From Octopus sinensis (lineage: Eukaryota): a DNA stretch of 64,000 bases. Location: positions 106,950,001 through 107,014,000 of the forward strand of contig NC_043005.1 of NCBI RefSeq assembly GCF_006345805.1, in the 5' to 3' direction. The first letter of the stretch is position 1, and the number at the start of each line of letters is the position of its first letter. Made by a program: the position numbers and the translations under genes. A model generated the notes under the pieces. That model was not told where the DNA came from. It did not search any database and worked only from the letters and a program-made list of their open reading frames with translations. Positions 25,301 through 38,206 of this stretch are shown in pieces.

Positions 25301-28300
25301 ATTAAGTATGATATATACATGACTAATTTTGATTTAATATTATTTGAATTGCACTTACCTGGTATATTTCTAGTTTCTGCACCAAACAGGTACACAAAGA
25401 TATTTCGGAGACATGAAGAGAAGAAACCACGCTTTATATGTGCTTCTGTACTGTGAGTAAATCAATATTCATTTGAAGGCCAGGAGCTGATGTCAGAAAA
25501 TCACGTTCTTGGAAGGTATTTTGTTGGATCAGATGAGGTCTGATAAGGTATGCTTTCTGAAAAAAGCACCGTAAGTGATTTTATTGTTATGACATGGGAC
25601 TAGACACTTATGTCTTTTATTTTTTGAACTCATCTTAAGGCTTAAATAATTCAAGGCAATTGTCATATCGTGACAATAACTCTTGTTGCTATCACAATTG
25701 TTTTGTGTGCTTGTTGCTGTTTTAGCGATGTTGTTGTTATCAAATCCGATTGAGAAAGCCTTTGATCAAATTATTCCTCTTTGTGGCCATCTCATCATTT
25801 TATTGAGAAAAAGTCCACCTGCTATCCCGTCATCAAATATGCTCTTCTCTTAACAAATGTAAGGTGGGATTTCTGAAAGGTTCGACTGTTATTTCTCGCA
25901 AGTTAAATGAGAACACAGAGGGTTCTCATTGGCTCAACAATGAACACATGAAGAGAATATAGGATTCAACGATGATCGGAAAGCGTTTTTTGTGAAACAG
26001 GCTTTTAGTACATATAAATACATGCGTGTGCTGTGTGTAAGTGTTTGTGTAAGTGTGCGTGTGTAGTTTGTGCATGTGTGTGTGAGAGAGAGAGAGCGTG
26101 CCTGCTTGTATGTGAGTAATTGTGTGTGTGTGAATGTGCACGCTATTTCTTAATCTCTCTATATATAAAGCGGAAGTTGTCTGTGTATGGCAGGTTTGGT
26201 AGCCTGTAACTAACAGTATCTCCTCCGAGACTCTGTGGTGCAAGTTGACCAAAAGAGTATGATAGAAGAAAAGCTTGCTCTTCCTTCCGTAGCAGAAACA
26301 ATTCAAATCGGACCATGTTAACACCAACAATTATTTACATCAAAAAGATGTTTTTTTTCTATGAAAATCCCTATTTTTTACGATTTTTTGACTGCTGTGT
26401 CGTCATTTTTCGGCGTATTTCAACCAGAAAAATGTTCACTTAAAGAGAATAACAAGTTACATAATACAAAATTTTTACTTTTCAAAAATTCCAATTCTAA
26501 ATGCTGAAAAAGGAAACAAGCCCAATAAACGCTGGGCTATACTGCTAGTTTCAAATAAATCCTAAACAATATACAACGCCGGTGACATATGGAGTGCTTA
26601 CCAGAGAAGACGCTTACAATTTCATTGTTAGGGAAAATTCTGCAAACGATTATATCCAAATTAAATATTATTATGGTTACTCTTAAGTGTATAATTTTTG
26701 TTGTTATTATTGCTATTGTTGTTATCAGCTGTGATCGAGCAGAGAGAGACTTCAGTGAAAGATCTTTCATTCATGATGAATCTTTTGTTTATCTTCGAAG
26801 ACTTTGTTCAACGTGACTCCACTTGCGCAGGAGGTTAAAGCATGGTTGAAGATAAAAAAATAATTTTAGTAAGTAGTTCAGCCCACCACAGGCCCCAGTA
26901 TGGTTGGAATAGTTGAACTGTCTTTGCCACAATCACAGATAATTCGCAACCATATAGAGCTAGCATGATCCACTATTCGGCTTCCGTCAAACATAGAAAA
27001 GTTTGATGTTTGCGGTGTAAATTAACTCCGAGGATGCGAACAAATTTTAAATTAACTTCCAAGGTTTTAAATGCAAGTGATAAAAAGATTTCATTACAAT
27101 CTGAACCGTTAATTTATAATTGTCTAGTGTTGACTTCCCTCTTGATATCGTTGCTTCTGGGGTGAGCCAAAGGTGTAAACTTAACCTTGATGCTACCATA
27201 AGCAAATTGAAAACTTAAATTAAATCGAACGTATAAAGTTCAAACGTAATAATCGAGAATTAGATTTATAAATTATATTTCCATTTTACGTTTTCAACTA
27301 ATATTTTTTGTTTTCTATTCTTCTGTTTTACTGATTACCACATATTTATTCAACTTTATGAAGTGTTTACACTCATACAAACACACACACGCATGCACAC
27401 ACATACACACACACGCACAGATACATGCACATACATATATACCTTGTTGGCCTTCTTTTTTCCCTCCGTTCTTCAATTGGTTTCATGTCAAAAACCTAGA
27501 AGTGAAACAAAATTCCGTGCATAAAAAATAAAGAAAAAAGTTCTTTCGTTGCTACAAGCCAAACACACCCACCCACCTACACAAAAAAAAGATATATATA
27601 AATAAAAAAGAAATAATGCTTATATATACAACTATAAAAAATTCCAAAACTACTCGACATAGAAATGAATAAATAAAATTATATTTTCTCTGATAAAACA
27701 ATGAACAATGTTTAACTAAATTCTCATGCTGGTGACCCTGGTGACAGCCGAATTTACATCATTGCCTCCAGCAACAACAAAACAAAAAAATAAGGAAATA
27801 TGAAAGCAAAATAAAAAGAGAAAAATTATTCAGAAAGATTGAAACAAAAGATGCGAAAATAAAACATATTTTCACATATAAACAACTTCCCAAAGGCATT
27901 TTTTTAAAAAATATTGTTATATTTTTGCCTTGTTTTCAAACTTACTGTTTATCTCCATGAAATTATTGTTTTAAATCTCTTTTCTTTATAGTTTTGTGAA
28001 TGTTGGCACACATACACACTCAAACACGAACAGAAATATATATGCGTATACATGAATACATTCACACACATCCATATACGCATATAGAGACACAATGCCA
28101 TACACATACAGACACAATTATTACCGAGATTTCAGACATATGCACCTATAGAGAATTCTGCCTCAAAAGATAAGGCTAATATTTCTCAATATTGCTAGAA
28201 GCATCACCATCAACACCCCAAATATCGCCACCAACACGCCTCCATTAACACCAATAACACCATCAACATTATCATGTTAATAATAATAATCAGCAGCAGC

Positions 28301-29883
28301 AGTTTCATCATCATTACCACAATCAACATCTATGCATAATTCTTATCTGTTAAATTTCTACTTAGCACAGTTCATGATGTAATTATTAATGTCACCAAAG
28401 ATTTTGCTGTTTTTTTTTTGTTTGTTATATTCTGCTTATTATTTTTTTTTGTGCTTCTTTTTATTTCAGTCTTTATATTTCTGATATTTTTTTTATTCAT
28501 ATTCGTACATGCATTTATTTATACCGAAACATATATATATGCGTACAAACATAAATCCATATATAGATTCACAAATTCTTACATAAATACACACGCACAC
28601 ACATACACTCACATACACACTCACAGACGCACACATTCACGCATGTTGCTAGATATACAAACTTACGTACATACTTTAGACCTCAAGGAATTTTTATTTG
28701 CATACGCACTAACATCACACACACACACAGCTACACTGATACTCAACTGTGTGTCTCACTCTCCCCTCATACATACACACATATATACAAATGTGTGTAT
28801 ATGTGTGCATGCGCGTATGTGCATACGTACACATGTATGTATGCACGTATGTGTTTATGTGTGCATGTGTGTGCTTGTGCATTGTATGTATCTATGTGTA
28901 TGTGTGTGTGTGTGTGTGTGCGTTTGTGTATGTTTGCGTGTGTTTGTGTGTGTATTTGCAAGAGAGCATCTTTGGCTTTTGGGAAGTTTTAATTCAATAA
29001 ATAAATTCTTTCATTTTTGCTTTTTAAATTTTTCTTTTCTTTTACAACTTTTGTACAATTGTATTCATTCAATCATTTTATTTATTTACTTTGCCAATCG
29101 CCACCCCTTTTAAATTGGGGTTATTCTAAATGTGTTGTTTAATTTCAATCTTTTAGGCGTGTTAGTGAATGAGGTTATGGTGGGTATGTAATTTGAAAGT
29201 GTTCACAGGAGGAAATACACAATGTTCCCGTGTATGTGTGTGAGTAGGAGTTGTAAAACATGCTGATGGCTTGACTGTAAATTCTAGTCAAAGTTTAATC
29301 CTTCGCGGTGAATTTTGCTATAAGGGAAAAAAAAAAACATAAAAAAGATTGTTTGAGGAAAAAATAATAGAATAACTCCAGAATCTGCAGAGATCAGATG
29401 GAATAACAATTAACAGATTTACTTGGAAAAAGTAGAGAAACAAAATCGGGGGAAAAAAATAACAGTGAAAATAAGTAGTGCAAAAAGTTGAAGTCAAAAT
29501 GAGTAACGGTGGAGAAATACGCAGGAAGAACATAATGGATGAATGGAATATGTGAATATATGAATAAAGAGTGAGAGGATGGAATGATGAGTGATTTGGG
29601 TAGTGTACTTAAAAAATATAGCGAGGAGTTTAGAAATTATGTTCTTGACGCGGCTTTTGTAGTGGACGCTTTTAAGGTTATGCTTATCTCTAGAAACGTT
29701 GGATCTAATCGCTTATTCCTGTTTCCCCGTCCTTTTCACCCACCGTCTTTATATGTATGTTTGTTTGCTTTTTGTTTGTTATTTTTTGTTTTTGTTTGAG
29801 TTTTACTTAAATTCCTCTTAAGAGATTTCAAACCGGTCGTTAGCACAGAGACAAGACTCTGAGTTAAGCGAGTTCCTGGTTTC

Positions 29884-30150
29884 AATGGTTTCAAATTTTG
29901 GCACAAGGCCAGCAAATTCTGGGGAGGTGGGTAAGTCAATCATATCGATTCCAATGCTTAACTGATAATAGTTTTATTGACCCGGAAAGGATGAAAGGCA
30001 AAGTCGACCTCGGCGGAATTTGGACTTAGAACGGACGGAATGCTGCGAATTTGGACTTAGAACGGACGGAATGCTGCGAATTTGGACTTAGACGGACGGA
30101 ATGCTGCTAAGCATTTCGTCCGGTATGCTACCGATCCAGCCAGCTCGCTG
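29884..30150 (-). mobile_element. Family-1-related SINE with internal triplication of the B-box segment
   Basis: GAATTTGGACTTAGAACGGACGGAATGCTGC at 30016, 30047 and 30078 (last copy 30 bp). Confidence 0.85.
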
Positions 30151-30620
30151 ACTTTGTATTGTGTGGACGCCCTCAGACGATGAAGTAGACTTGCCCAATA
30201 CGTAGATATAGAGGGAGAAGTCTAGACGAAGAGAGTTGAGTAGCAGTCGGTAGAGTAGAGTGTACCAGAGCAGAGCAGAGTCGAGTTGAGTAGTAGAGGT
30301 CATCCGAACGTGCGACATAACACTTTGGTAGTTTCATATCAAACGTCATGAGTGCTTCACTCGTAATCTTATATATTTGGGGAGAGGCATTAACACAATA
30401 CTCACTTCGTAGTTCGGTTAACAATGCTGCATTGCGATTGTGTTCTTTGTTTACATACCAGACTCGCCGCCAGAATGACTCTAGAACTTTCGTGAAGACG
30501 AACATTTACTACCTCGATGGTATCGACTTTCATACTGCGATAAACAGATTGTGGGTTTCGGGAAAACTTGCGGTGTTTTATTTTTAATTCGTGTAATATT
30601 TCTTAGAGTAACGAAGTTTT

Positions 30621-30965
30621 CTACTTATTGCTTGTGGATCGTCTTTGAAGGCGACCAGCTCGTCTTAAGAATGTTTCTCGCCCACAATTCCCATACAGTT
30701 TAGAGAATGTGTTATGCAATTGTAGCTGGTGAATCATGAATTCGTTTTTAGCGTTGCATTTGATGATAGAGTCCAACTGTCCTATATTTTCCCTCAGACA
30801 TTTAATGTTATTTTGCAAGGTGGTAATCAATTTTGGTTCAGTATCATCGGCGGATAACATTAGGGAGGTGAATTTTTCACAACCCGTGTGGTTGTAATAA
30901 ACATTATCGACTACAGGCAGCGATTTGGCATGGTCGATGTCCATCACACCGAATGTCTTGCCCAT
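30621..30965 (-). CDS. 114-aa non-repetitive ORF of unknown identity
   Basis: ORF track; protein-like composition, no recognised motif; its length is borderline for chance in 64 kb. Confidence 0.15.
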   Translation of the reverse strand: MGKTFGVMDIDHAKSLPVVDNVYYNHTGCEKFTSLMLSADDTEPKLITTLQNNIKCLRENIGQLDSIIKCNAKNEFMIHQLQLHNTFSKLYGNCGRETFLRRAGRLQRRSTSNK

Positions 30966-31200
30966 CCATGACTTTCAGGTGCTTTAACACCGTACCCTTT
31001 GAAAGTGTAAGTTGCACCACGCCACATCATAGCCTACCGATGAATACCAATAACGCATGCGTTATGTATGTATGGGCAATAATATTTATTATGTTTATTA
31101 CACTAATGCAGCCTTTATTTCGCATTCCAATATAAATATATATATATATATTATATATATATATAATATATATATATATATAATATATATATATATATTC

Positions 31201-31390
31201 TTTACTCTTTTACTTGTTTCATTGTGGCTATGCTGGAGCACCGCCTTTAGTCGAGGAGATCGGCCCCACGACTTCTTATTTGTAAGCCTAGTACTTATTC
31301 TATCGGTCACTTTTGCCGAACAACTAAAATCCAGGGACGTAAACACACCAACAGTGGTTGTCAAGCGATGGCGTGGGGGGGGGAACACAT
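31201..31390 (-). mobile_element. SINE family 4, 3' half
   Basis: ATGCTGGAGCACCGCCTTTAGTCG..AGCCTAGTACTTATTCTATCGG..GGTTGTCAAGCGATG shared with 43305 and 63056. Confidence 0.8.
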
Positions 31391-31595
31391 GCACATATAC
31401 ATATCCATAGGAATATATATACACGTACCCACACACACACATATATATATATATATGTATATATATATGTGTGTGTGTGTGTGTATATATATTTCTCTCT
31501 CTCTCTCTCTCTCTCTTTATATATATATATATATTATATATATATATATGGCGTTGTAACTAAATTTGAAGCCACCATTAAGCAGATCATACAGG

Positions 31596-31803
31596 GAAGA
31601 GCTCACAGAATCGGTAGCACACCAGGCAAAATGCTTAGCACCATTTCTTCTGTCATTCGTTCTGAGTTCAAATTCCGCCGAGGTCGACTTTGCCTTTCAT
31701 AATTTCAGGGTCGATGGACTATTTACCAGTGAAACAGTGCAGTCGATATAATTGACTAGTCCTCTGCCCCAAACTTCAGGCCTTGTGCCTATAATAGAAA
31801 GGC
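31596..31803 (+). mobile_element. SINE family 1 (tail 2), diverged
   Basis: GTTCTGAGTTCAAATTCCGCCGAGGTCGACTTTGCC core; GCCTTGTGCCTA tail. Confidence 0.85.
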
Positions 31804-31874
31804 TAAAGTAAATACCTTTTGAGTGCTGGGGTCAAGGTCATCAACTCCTGGCTTTGTGCGAAAATTTGAAACCA

Positions 31875-32274
31875 ATATTCTTTCCTACTCTAGGCAAAAA
31901 GCCCAACATTTTGGGGGAGGGTGCTAGTCGATTAGATCGACCATAGTATGCAACTGGTACTTAATTTATCGGCCCCGGAAGAATGGAAGGCAAAGTTGAT
32001 CTCGGCGGAATTTGAACTCAGAACGTAACGGCAGACGATATACCTATTTCTTTACTACCTACAAGGGGCTAAGCACAGAGAGGGCAAACAAGGACAGACA
32101 AACGGATTAAGTCGTTTATATCGACCCCAGTGCGTAACTGGTACTTATTTAATCGACCCCGAAAGGATGAAAGGTAAAGTCGACCTCGACGGAATTTGAA
32201 CTCAGTACGTAAAGACAGACGAAATACCGCTAAGCATTTCGCCCGGCGTGCTAACGTCTCTGCCAGCTCACCGA
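31875..32274 (-). mobile_element. Dimeric SINE family 1, second copy
   Basis: Same two-monomer layout and junction as 4352-4740. Confidence 0.85.
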
Positions 32275-35200
32275 CTTAAAAGGTGATTGAATTTTAACAG
32301 ATGAAGGTGAAGTTAATAGTCTTAAAAAACTTGCAAACACATATTTATAAATGGCGACACCCTCAGACGATATTCTGAGATACTAAAAAAACTTTGAGTT
32401 TTCATATACTAATAATTTCTGTCACTGTAATGCTTGCCTGTCGCAGAGATGCTTGTCTTTCTGTAACAGCGCAGGATTTGATACCAGAGAGTCCAAACAA
32501 TTACGGTGATGTGTTATATCCAACACTCTAAAAATTCTGCCAGTTCTTCACCTTTACAGAATGATACGAACATCCATAGAAATACGTACATATATATAGA
32601 TATACATATACACACTGAAACATACACATAATATAAATATATATATGTGTGTGAAACTGAAATTGCATATACATACGCACATATATACATACATATATAT
32701 ATATGTATACATACATATACATATATATATATATATGTGTATATATATAATGTGTGTAATCTTAAATGTACATATGTGTGTGTATGTGTGTGTAATCATT
32801 TATTTATATGACAGATAAAGTCAACATTTTTATGAAACCAATAATCGTGTGAAATAATTGCTTTTCAATATAGGCAACCCCCACTTAAACTAATAAAAAA
32901 ACACGATTTCTTGTTCATAAATTGAACTTTAAATTACAATTTTAGTTTTCGCACTATAAAATATTTAAAATATGTTTTGTATAGGTTGTTTCTTTAGCAT
33001 TGCTATCGTGATCCAAAACTACATTATGGCCAGTTGTATATGTATTATTAAGATTTAAAATAAAAATTTTGATAGCTCAAAACCAAATAAATAAATATTA
33101 AATAAAAGCACACAAAATTTAATGGTAAGTATGGAAAACATTTTTATCATAGAATATTTTTTCTCTCTGAAATTTATTTACATCCGGTAGGTATGTTACG
33201 AATATTTTATTAGTAATTTTACACATAAGAAAATTCTATAAAACAGAAATTTAAAAATGAATCACAAAATGAAAAGTGGCAATTATTGAGCAAACGAAAA
33301 AAAATGCCATAAAATCATATTATTTTATATTGATTTAATATTGCTTATGGAGTTTAAGTTTAAAAAAAGATCATATAATTCTGTAAAGTGCAAAATTAAA
33401 TATGAATCACTATAAAAGTTAAGCTTATTAAAATATCAGTTTGTAAGTAAGAGGGTGTTATGAATATATTTTAAAATATGATACATGAAATATAAAAGTA
33501 TTTTCCTATATATATACATATATATGTTTTTTTAAATAATCACTTATCGTGTTAGTTTACTATTTAAAATACATATTTGCAGATGTGAAGAAGCATAAAT
33601 GAATATGAAAAAAGCTATTCATAAAGCCGTGCGGTTAAAAGTTTCATTTCATAACGTTTTGGTTCTGAGTTCGACTAAATAACGTTGCAATTTGTGAAAA
33701 TATCATCTAGGGTCGCTTTCAGTTGAGTAATACCTTGATAATGAAACTGTATGGATGTTAGTGTCCATTTTCTGTCGTTAGTTTTCGGTGGTGTTAAAAA
33801 GTTTAATTACGTGATTTGACAAAATATAGATCTATAAAGTACTTCTAAGACTGATATAAGTAGTGAGATCGATATAATGACTAAACGCCTTTGAAAAGCA
33901 ATGCTTCATCATGGTCGTAGCTCAGTTAATAAAACCAGTAATAAAACAAGTCAATATAACTTTTAAAGCATAAACAGTAGTTTGTAATTTACGCACAAAG
34001 ATTGATCAGTGTTGAGGAAAGGGGTTAAAACGTTGTGCCACTATGTAAAGTTAGTTATGTTTAGCAGGTTGTACTTAGAAGATTTGCTAGTGAGATTGGG
34101 AAGAATAGCTTTCAAATAATCCACCACACTGCACAGAATGGAAAGAATTAAGCCATCCAGTGCGAACAGTCAGTATTTGTCAACGCAGTTAAGAATTTTG
34201 CTTCATGTCGGACGCCGGATTAAAATTCTCTCAATGTCGTCAAGAACATAATTTTTTCATCGTAGTCTAAGATGTACCCCGATACTTGTAACTACAATCC
34301 AGTAGCCTTTTCCTAAAATATACAACGTTAGTTTGCCTATTTTTATAATCTGAGCTAAAATTGTTTCTTTAGTGAGCCGGCTTTTCATTCCTTCAAGGTC
34401 GGGAAAATGCGTACCTTCTGAGGTATTAAATTGGATCTATTCGACTTGTATCATTCTGGTATGCCGAAGTAAAAGAAGTAAGATACGAGCAATAAAATAT
34501 TTGATATTGATTAGCAAAGTGGTTAAAGACATTGAGTGGAGAGAAATTTATTTTCTACCGAACATATTTAAGAAAGATGTACAGCTTAGTTGATCTGGCT
34601 CTGTGCGAAAAGCACTGGTGACTGTAAAAGCCACAGATTAACGTTTTAAGAAAGGACACTACAATATAGATCCTTATAATGGTCCATATCTATATGAAGG
34701 CTAAATAATTTGATCTACCTTACGACGACTATCATAAAATGTAACCTGAAATCACATAGTTGCGAAGCTAACTTCTTCACCTCACAAATCCTGTCAGCAC
34801 GTATTGGGTTAACACCTCTCAGTGTATGAAGGAAAATGTATTTCTCCAGCTATTCTTTTCTTTACTACTGGACTATAACTATGAGTAAAACAATTGGGTT
34901 CTTTTTTTTTTTTGGCCTTGCGGAGAAATTGCGGTTTATGAGGACATATAATTCGAAGGCTAGCTCGTTCATTTCAACTGTCTTTGAAGTGTCAAATAAT
35001 GTTGCTGTTGAGGTTTAACACAAAGTCATCGCCCATCACACAAGACCATGATAAAAGACATTTCCGGCGTGACCATCGCAGGATAATACAGAGGTACCTA
35101 CATCAATCAATTTCTTATCATATTCTCAGATGGTACATCACGAAGGTCAGCATCCCGAAATCACCACGGATTGGATGTTGCCAGCACATAAATTTCTTGA

Positions 35201-35970
35201 CAAACAGAAGCTCATCTATCCATAAGAATCGGGGTAAACTACTCAGTATTACATTTATTTGAGATAGTTTTAAAGGTTTTTCTAAGTAAATGTGTATCTC
35301 TTAACATTATTTTATTTTATTCATAATTTAGATATAGATGCAACATTATCAGGGTTTCCTCGAAGCATTTCAGTTTCCGTATACGATAGTGCGTTATATA
35401 TTACAGACCATTGAATAACGTACCTGCGTAACTCTCTTTAAATCTGCAGACGAATTTATTTGAAGGAATGTATTTATGTTTTCTATACCTAAACGAAGGA
35501 ACATGAGAATCTTGACTTAAAATCAGTTGCGCAGGTACGTATAGAGTAGCGAGTACCTATATAATAGTATTTTACTCTGCTTTTTACTGAACCTTTATAG
35601 ATTAATTTGTTTTCTACATTTGTTATCTAATGAATATTTAAGACGATCTTTACGTGTACATAACCGGTTAATATTTCTGAATTTTTCGTCCAAAATATTA
35701 CATTGCATGTATTGTTAATATTAGGTACTGAGTTGAAAATCTCTTCTGTATTAAGATAAGCAATACTGTAATAGCAAGGCTAAAGAAACTGTAACGGTAT
35801 TAATGGCGCAGTCGACAATGGTGGCAGCGGCAACAACCGTCTCTACATCTGCCACTATACGGGTCTCAATACTAATTATATGAATGAAGCACAAATATGT
35901 CAAACGAAAGAAAAAGGAAAACTACAGCAGTAAATCAAATCGCCTGTCCTGTGGTTAATCTGATCTGTTC

Positions 35971-37574
35971 ACATTCTACAGCGAAATAGGAAAGGAGAAA
36001 ATAACCGTTGAAGACCCAACTGCCATGGAAGAAGTTAGAAACTTCTGGAAAAATATTTAGAGTAATGATAAGAGAACCAGCCAGGGGTCGAAAAGTCATT
36101 GCCTGGTACAAACTCTTCTCTGAATGCGAGCCTGGATGGTCACATCAATGGGAGCTGCCACAACTCGAGCCATCCAAGTCCGTCACCACACCCACCACTG
36201 AAAGAAAAAATGGACCCGAGAAGAGTGTACGGAAGTAATATAAGCATTTTGTTATGCATTATGCAGGCCATCTGAAGGGAAGCACACCTCACGTTCTTAT
36301 CAAATATGGAGCACGCCAAATCAAGGCAACCGACTACATTTGGACGAAAACAAGTTAGCATATGTTAGGAGGGCTATCTTCTGAAATAAATGGTTCATAG
36401 ACAGTAAAATATCTGCGATGAAACACGGTACGGAAATGATCGAAATATAAGACAAGGAAATGAAGAACCAGACGAAGAGAACAGCTCTCCACGAGTCTGA
36501 ATTGAAAGAACTGGCAATAGTCTGGAGAAATAAATTGTAATAAACTTAATAAAGATAGCGAGGAAAGTGGTAAAGAAACAATATTTGAAGACTATGATAG
36601 AACAGAAACAGACAATTCTGAACAAGCTTGCAGTTGTAAGACACGCTAGTGGACATGTTAGAGAACCACTTCATAAGCTCTGAAATACAATCCAAAATAG
36701 AAAACAAATTATAATTGGAAACTATGTAATAAAGGAACGAAGCTGCTAAAACAACTGAAACCAGCCTCTGAAAGAAAGAAAGAAATTCAACCCTGAGAAG
36801 AATTCAAAATTGGAAAAGTAAAATTGAAAAAGAATTTGAAATATTGAGAGGTGAAATATCAATATTGAATGAACTAATTGTGGAAACAATGTGAAAACCA
36901 GAAAAAGAATGAAGATGAAGAGAAAACATAGATGTTCACCAAGAGAACTGCTTTCAGCGAAAGAAACACTGCAACAAAAAGTCAAATCAAAAGCTCATAG
37001 AATACGAAGATTTGAGAAGAGAAACAAATTTTACAAGCAAAATGGTCTGTGCACATCCAATTCGAAACATTCTACAGCGAAATAGGAAAGGAGAAAATAA
37101 CCGTTAAAGACCCCACTGCCAGTAAGAAGTTGGAAACTATTGGAAAAGATGCAGACTGGATTAGACACACAGGCGTATGCTACCAAAATTTACCAGAGCA
37201 AGCGTGGGAAAACATGACAATAGCAGACTCATAAAGGCTGATAAGTGGAAAACTACTGGTAATGTTAGGGGGCCAAATTTACGGGTCACCTCGCTCCCGT
37301 GCGCACACGAAAAGTAATTCCAGTTATTCAATGAAATTATAAGAGATCCTACGAAAACACCTTATTGTTTAGCAAGAGGTATTACTTGCCTGTTTCCGAA
37401 GAATAATGAAACCAAATTTCCCCAAAACTATCATCTCAGAGCATGTCTATCCTCCACTTATAAATTTTAACATACATCACCGCAGATAAACTATACAATT
37501 TTATGGAACAGAGCCATATTTTCCCCACTGAACAGAAAGGATGCCGACGAGGCTCATATGGATGCAAAGAGTAA
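35971..37574 (+). mobile_element. 5' half of R4/Dong-like LINE (N-terminal domain to RT start), degenerate, preceded by a displaced internal duplicate
   Basis: RKKWTREECTEVI..LDENKLAYVRRAI; LLSAKETLQQKVKSKAHRIRRFEKRNKFYKQN; GITCLFPKNNETKFPQNY..EQKGCRRGSYGCKE*; 35971-36052 repeats 37067-37147. Confidence 0.8.
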
Positions 37575-37958
37575 ATCTTTTCGCGCAAACCCTCTTAACT
37601 TAGCCTTTTGCGCAGGTATAACTTCAGCTAAGTTTCTGGTAAAAGAATTTTGGAATTTGACAATCTCTCCCAAAGTGCATGAGCTGATGAAAATATGTAT
37701 GACTCTTCATAACTTATATATATATATATTATGTGTCCTTATTCTAAATTTACTAGAAGTTTAAACTTCAGATTTACAATTGGACAGACAGTAGAAATCC
37801 TTTTTATTGCAATGGTTTTTCACTGGATAATTTACTCAGCCAAATCTGATTTATACTGAGTGATTGTAAAGTATTCGACTGGATTTTTAATCGATTCTTT
37901 TCTCCAGTGTGATGTCACTCTCTCTATCTCTCTCTCTCTCTCTCACTCTCTCTCTCTC

Positions 37959-37995
<37 letters not shown>

Positions 37996-38014
37996 ATATA
38001 TATATATATATATA

Positions 38015-38206
38015 CAAGGGAGAGTTTACGAAAAAAACAAAAGACAAAGACAGGTGGTGTACAAAACAGACAGATGTATTAGTATAATGCTCAGGAATAG
38101 AAAAAGTCTTTTACGTTTCGAGCCGACGCTCTTCTACAGAAAGGGACACAGAAAAAAACAAGGAGAGAAAAAATGTGTGTAGTGACTAACGATCTATCAT
38201 GGCGAG
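38015..38206 (-). mobile_element. Solo pLTR-like repeat (second family) with hammerhead-like motif
   Basis: Between (TA)n and (TG)n; contains CTGTAGA-A-GAGC-GTCG-GCTC-GAAAC-GTA. Confidence 0.6.
38108..38143 (-). ncRNA. Minimal hammerhead-like motif with non-consensus core (CUGUAGA)
   Basis: Stem I CUUU/AAAG, perfect 4-bp stem II, GAAAC-GUA; A6 replaced by U. Confidence 0.5.

Noticed and set aside
30016-30107. CRISPR-like ~31-bp repeats
   Set aside because: Units are contiguous with no spacers, sit inside a SINE, and the context is eukaryotic.
34984-35262. 92-aa ORF and surrounding mid-GC sequence
   Set aside because: No motif in any frame; within chance length.
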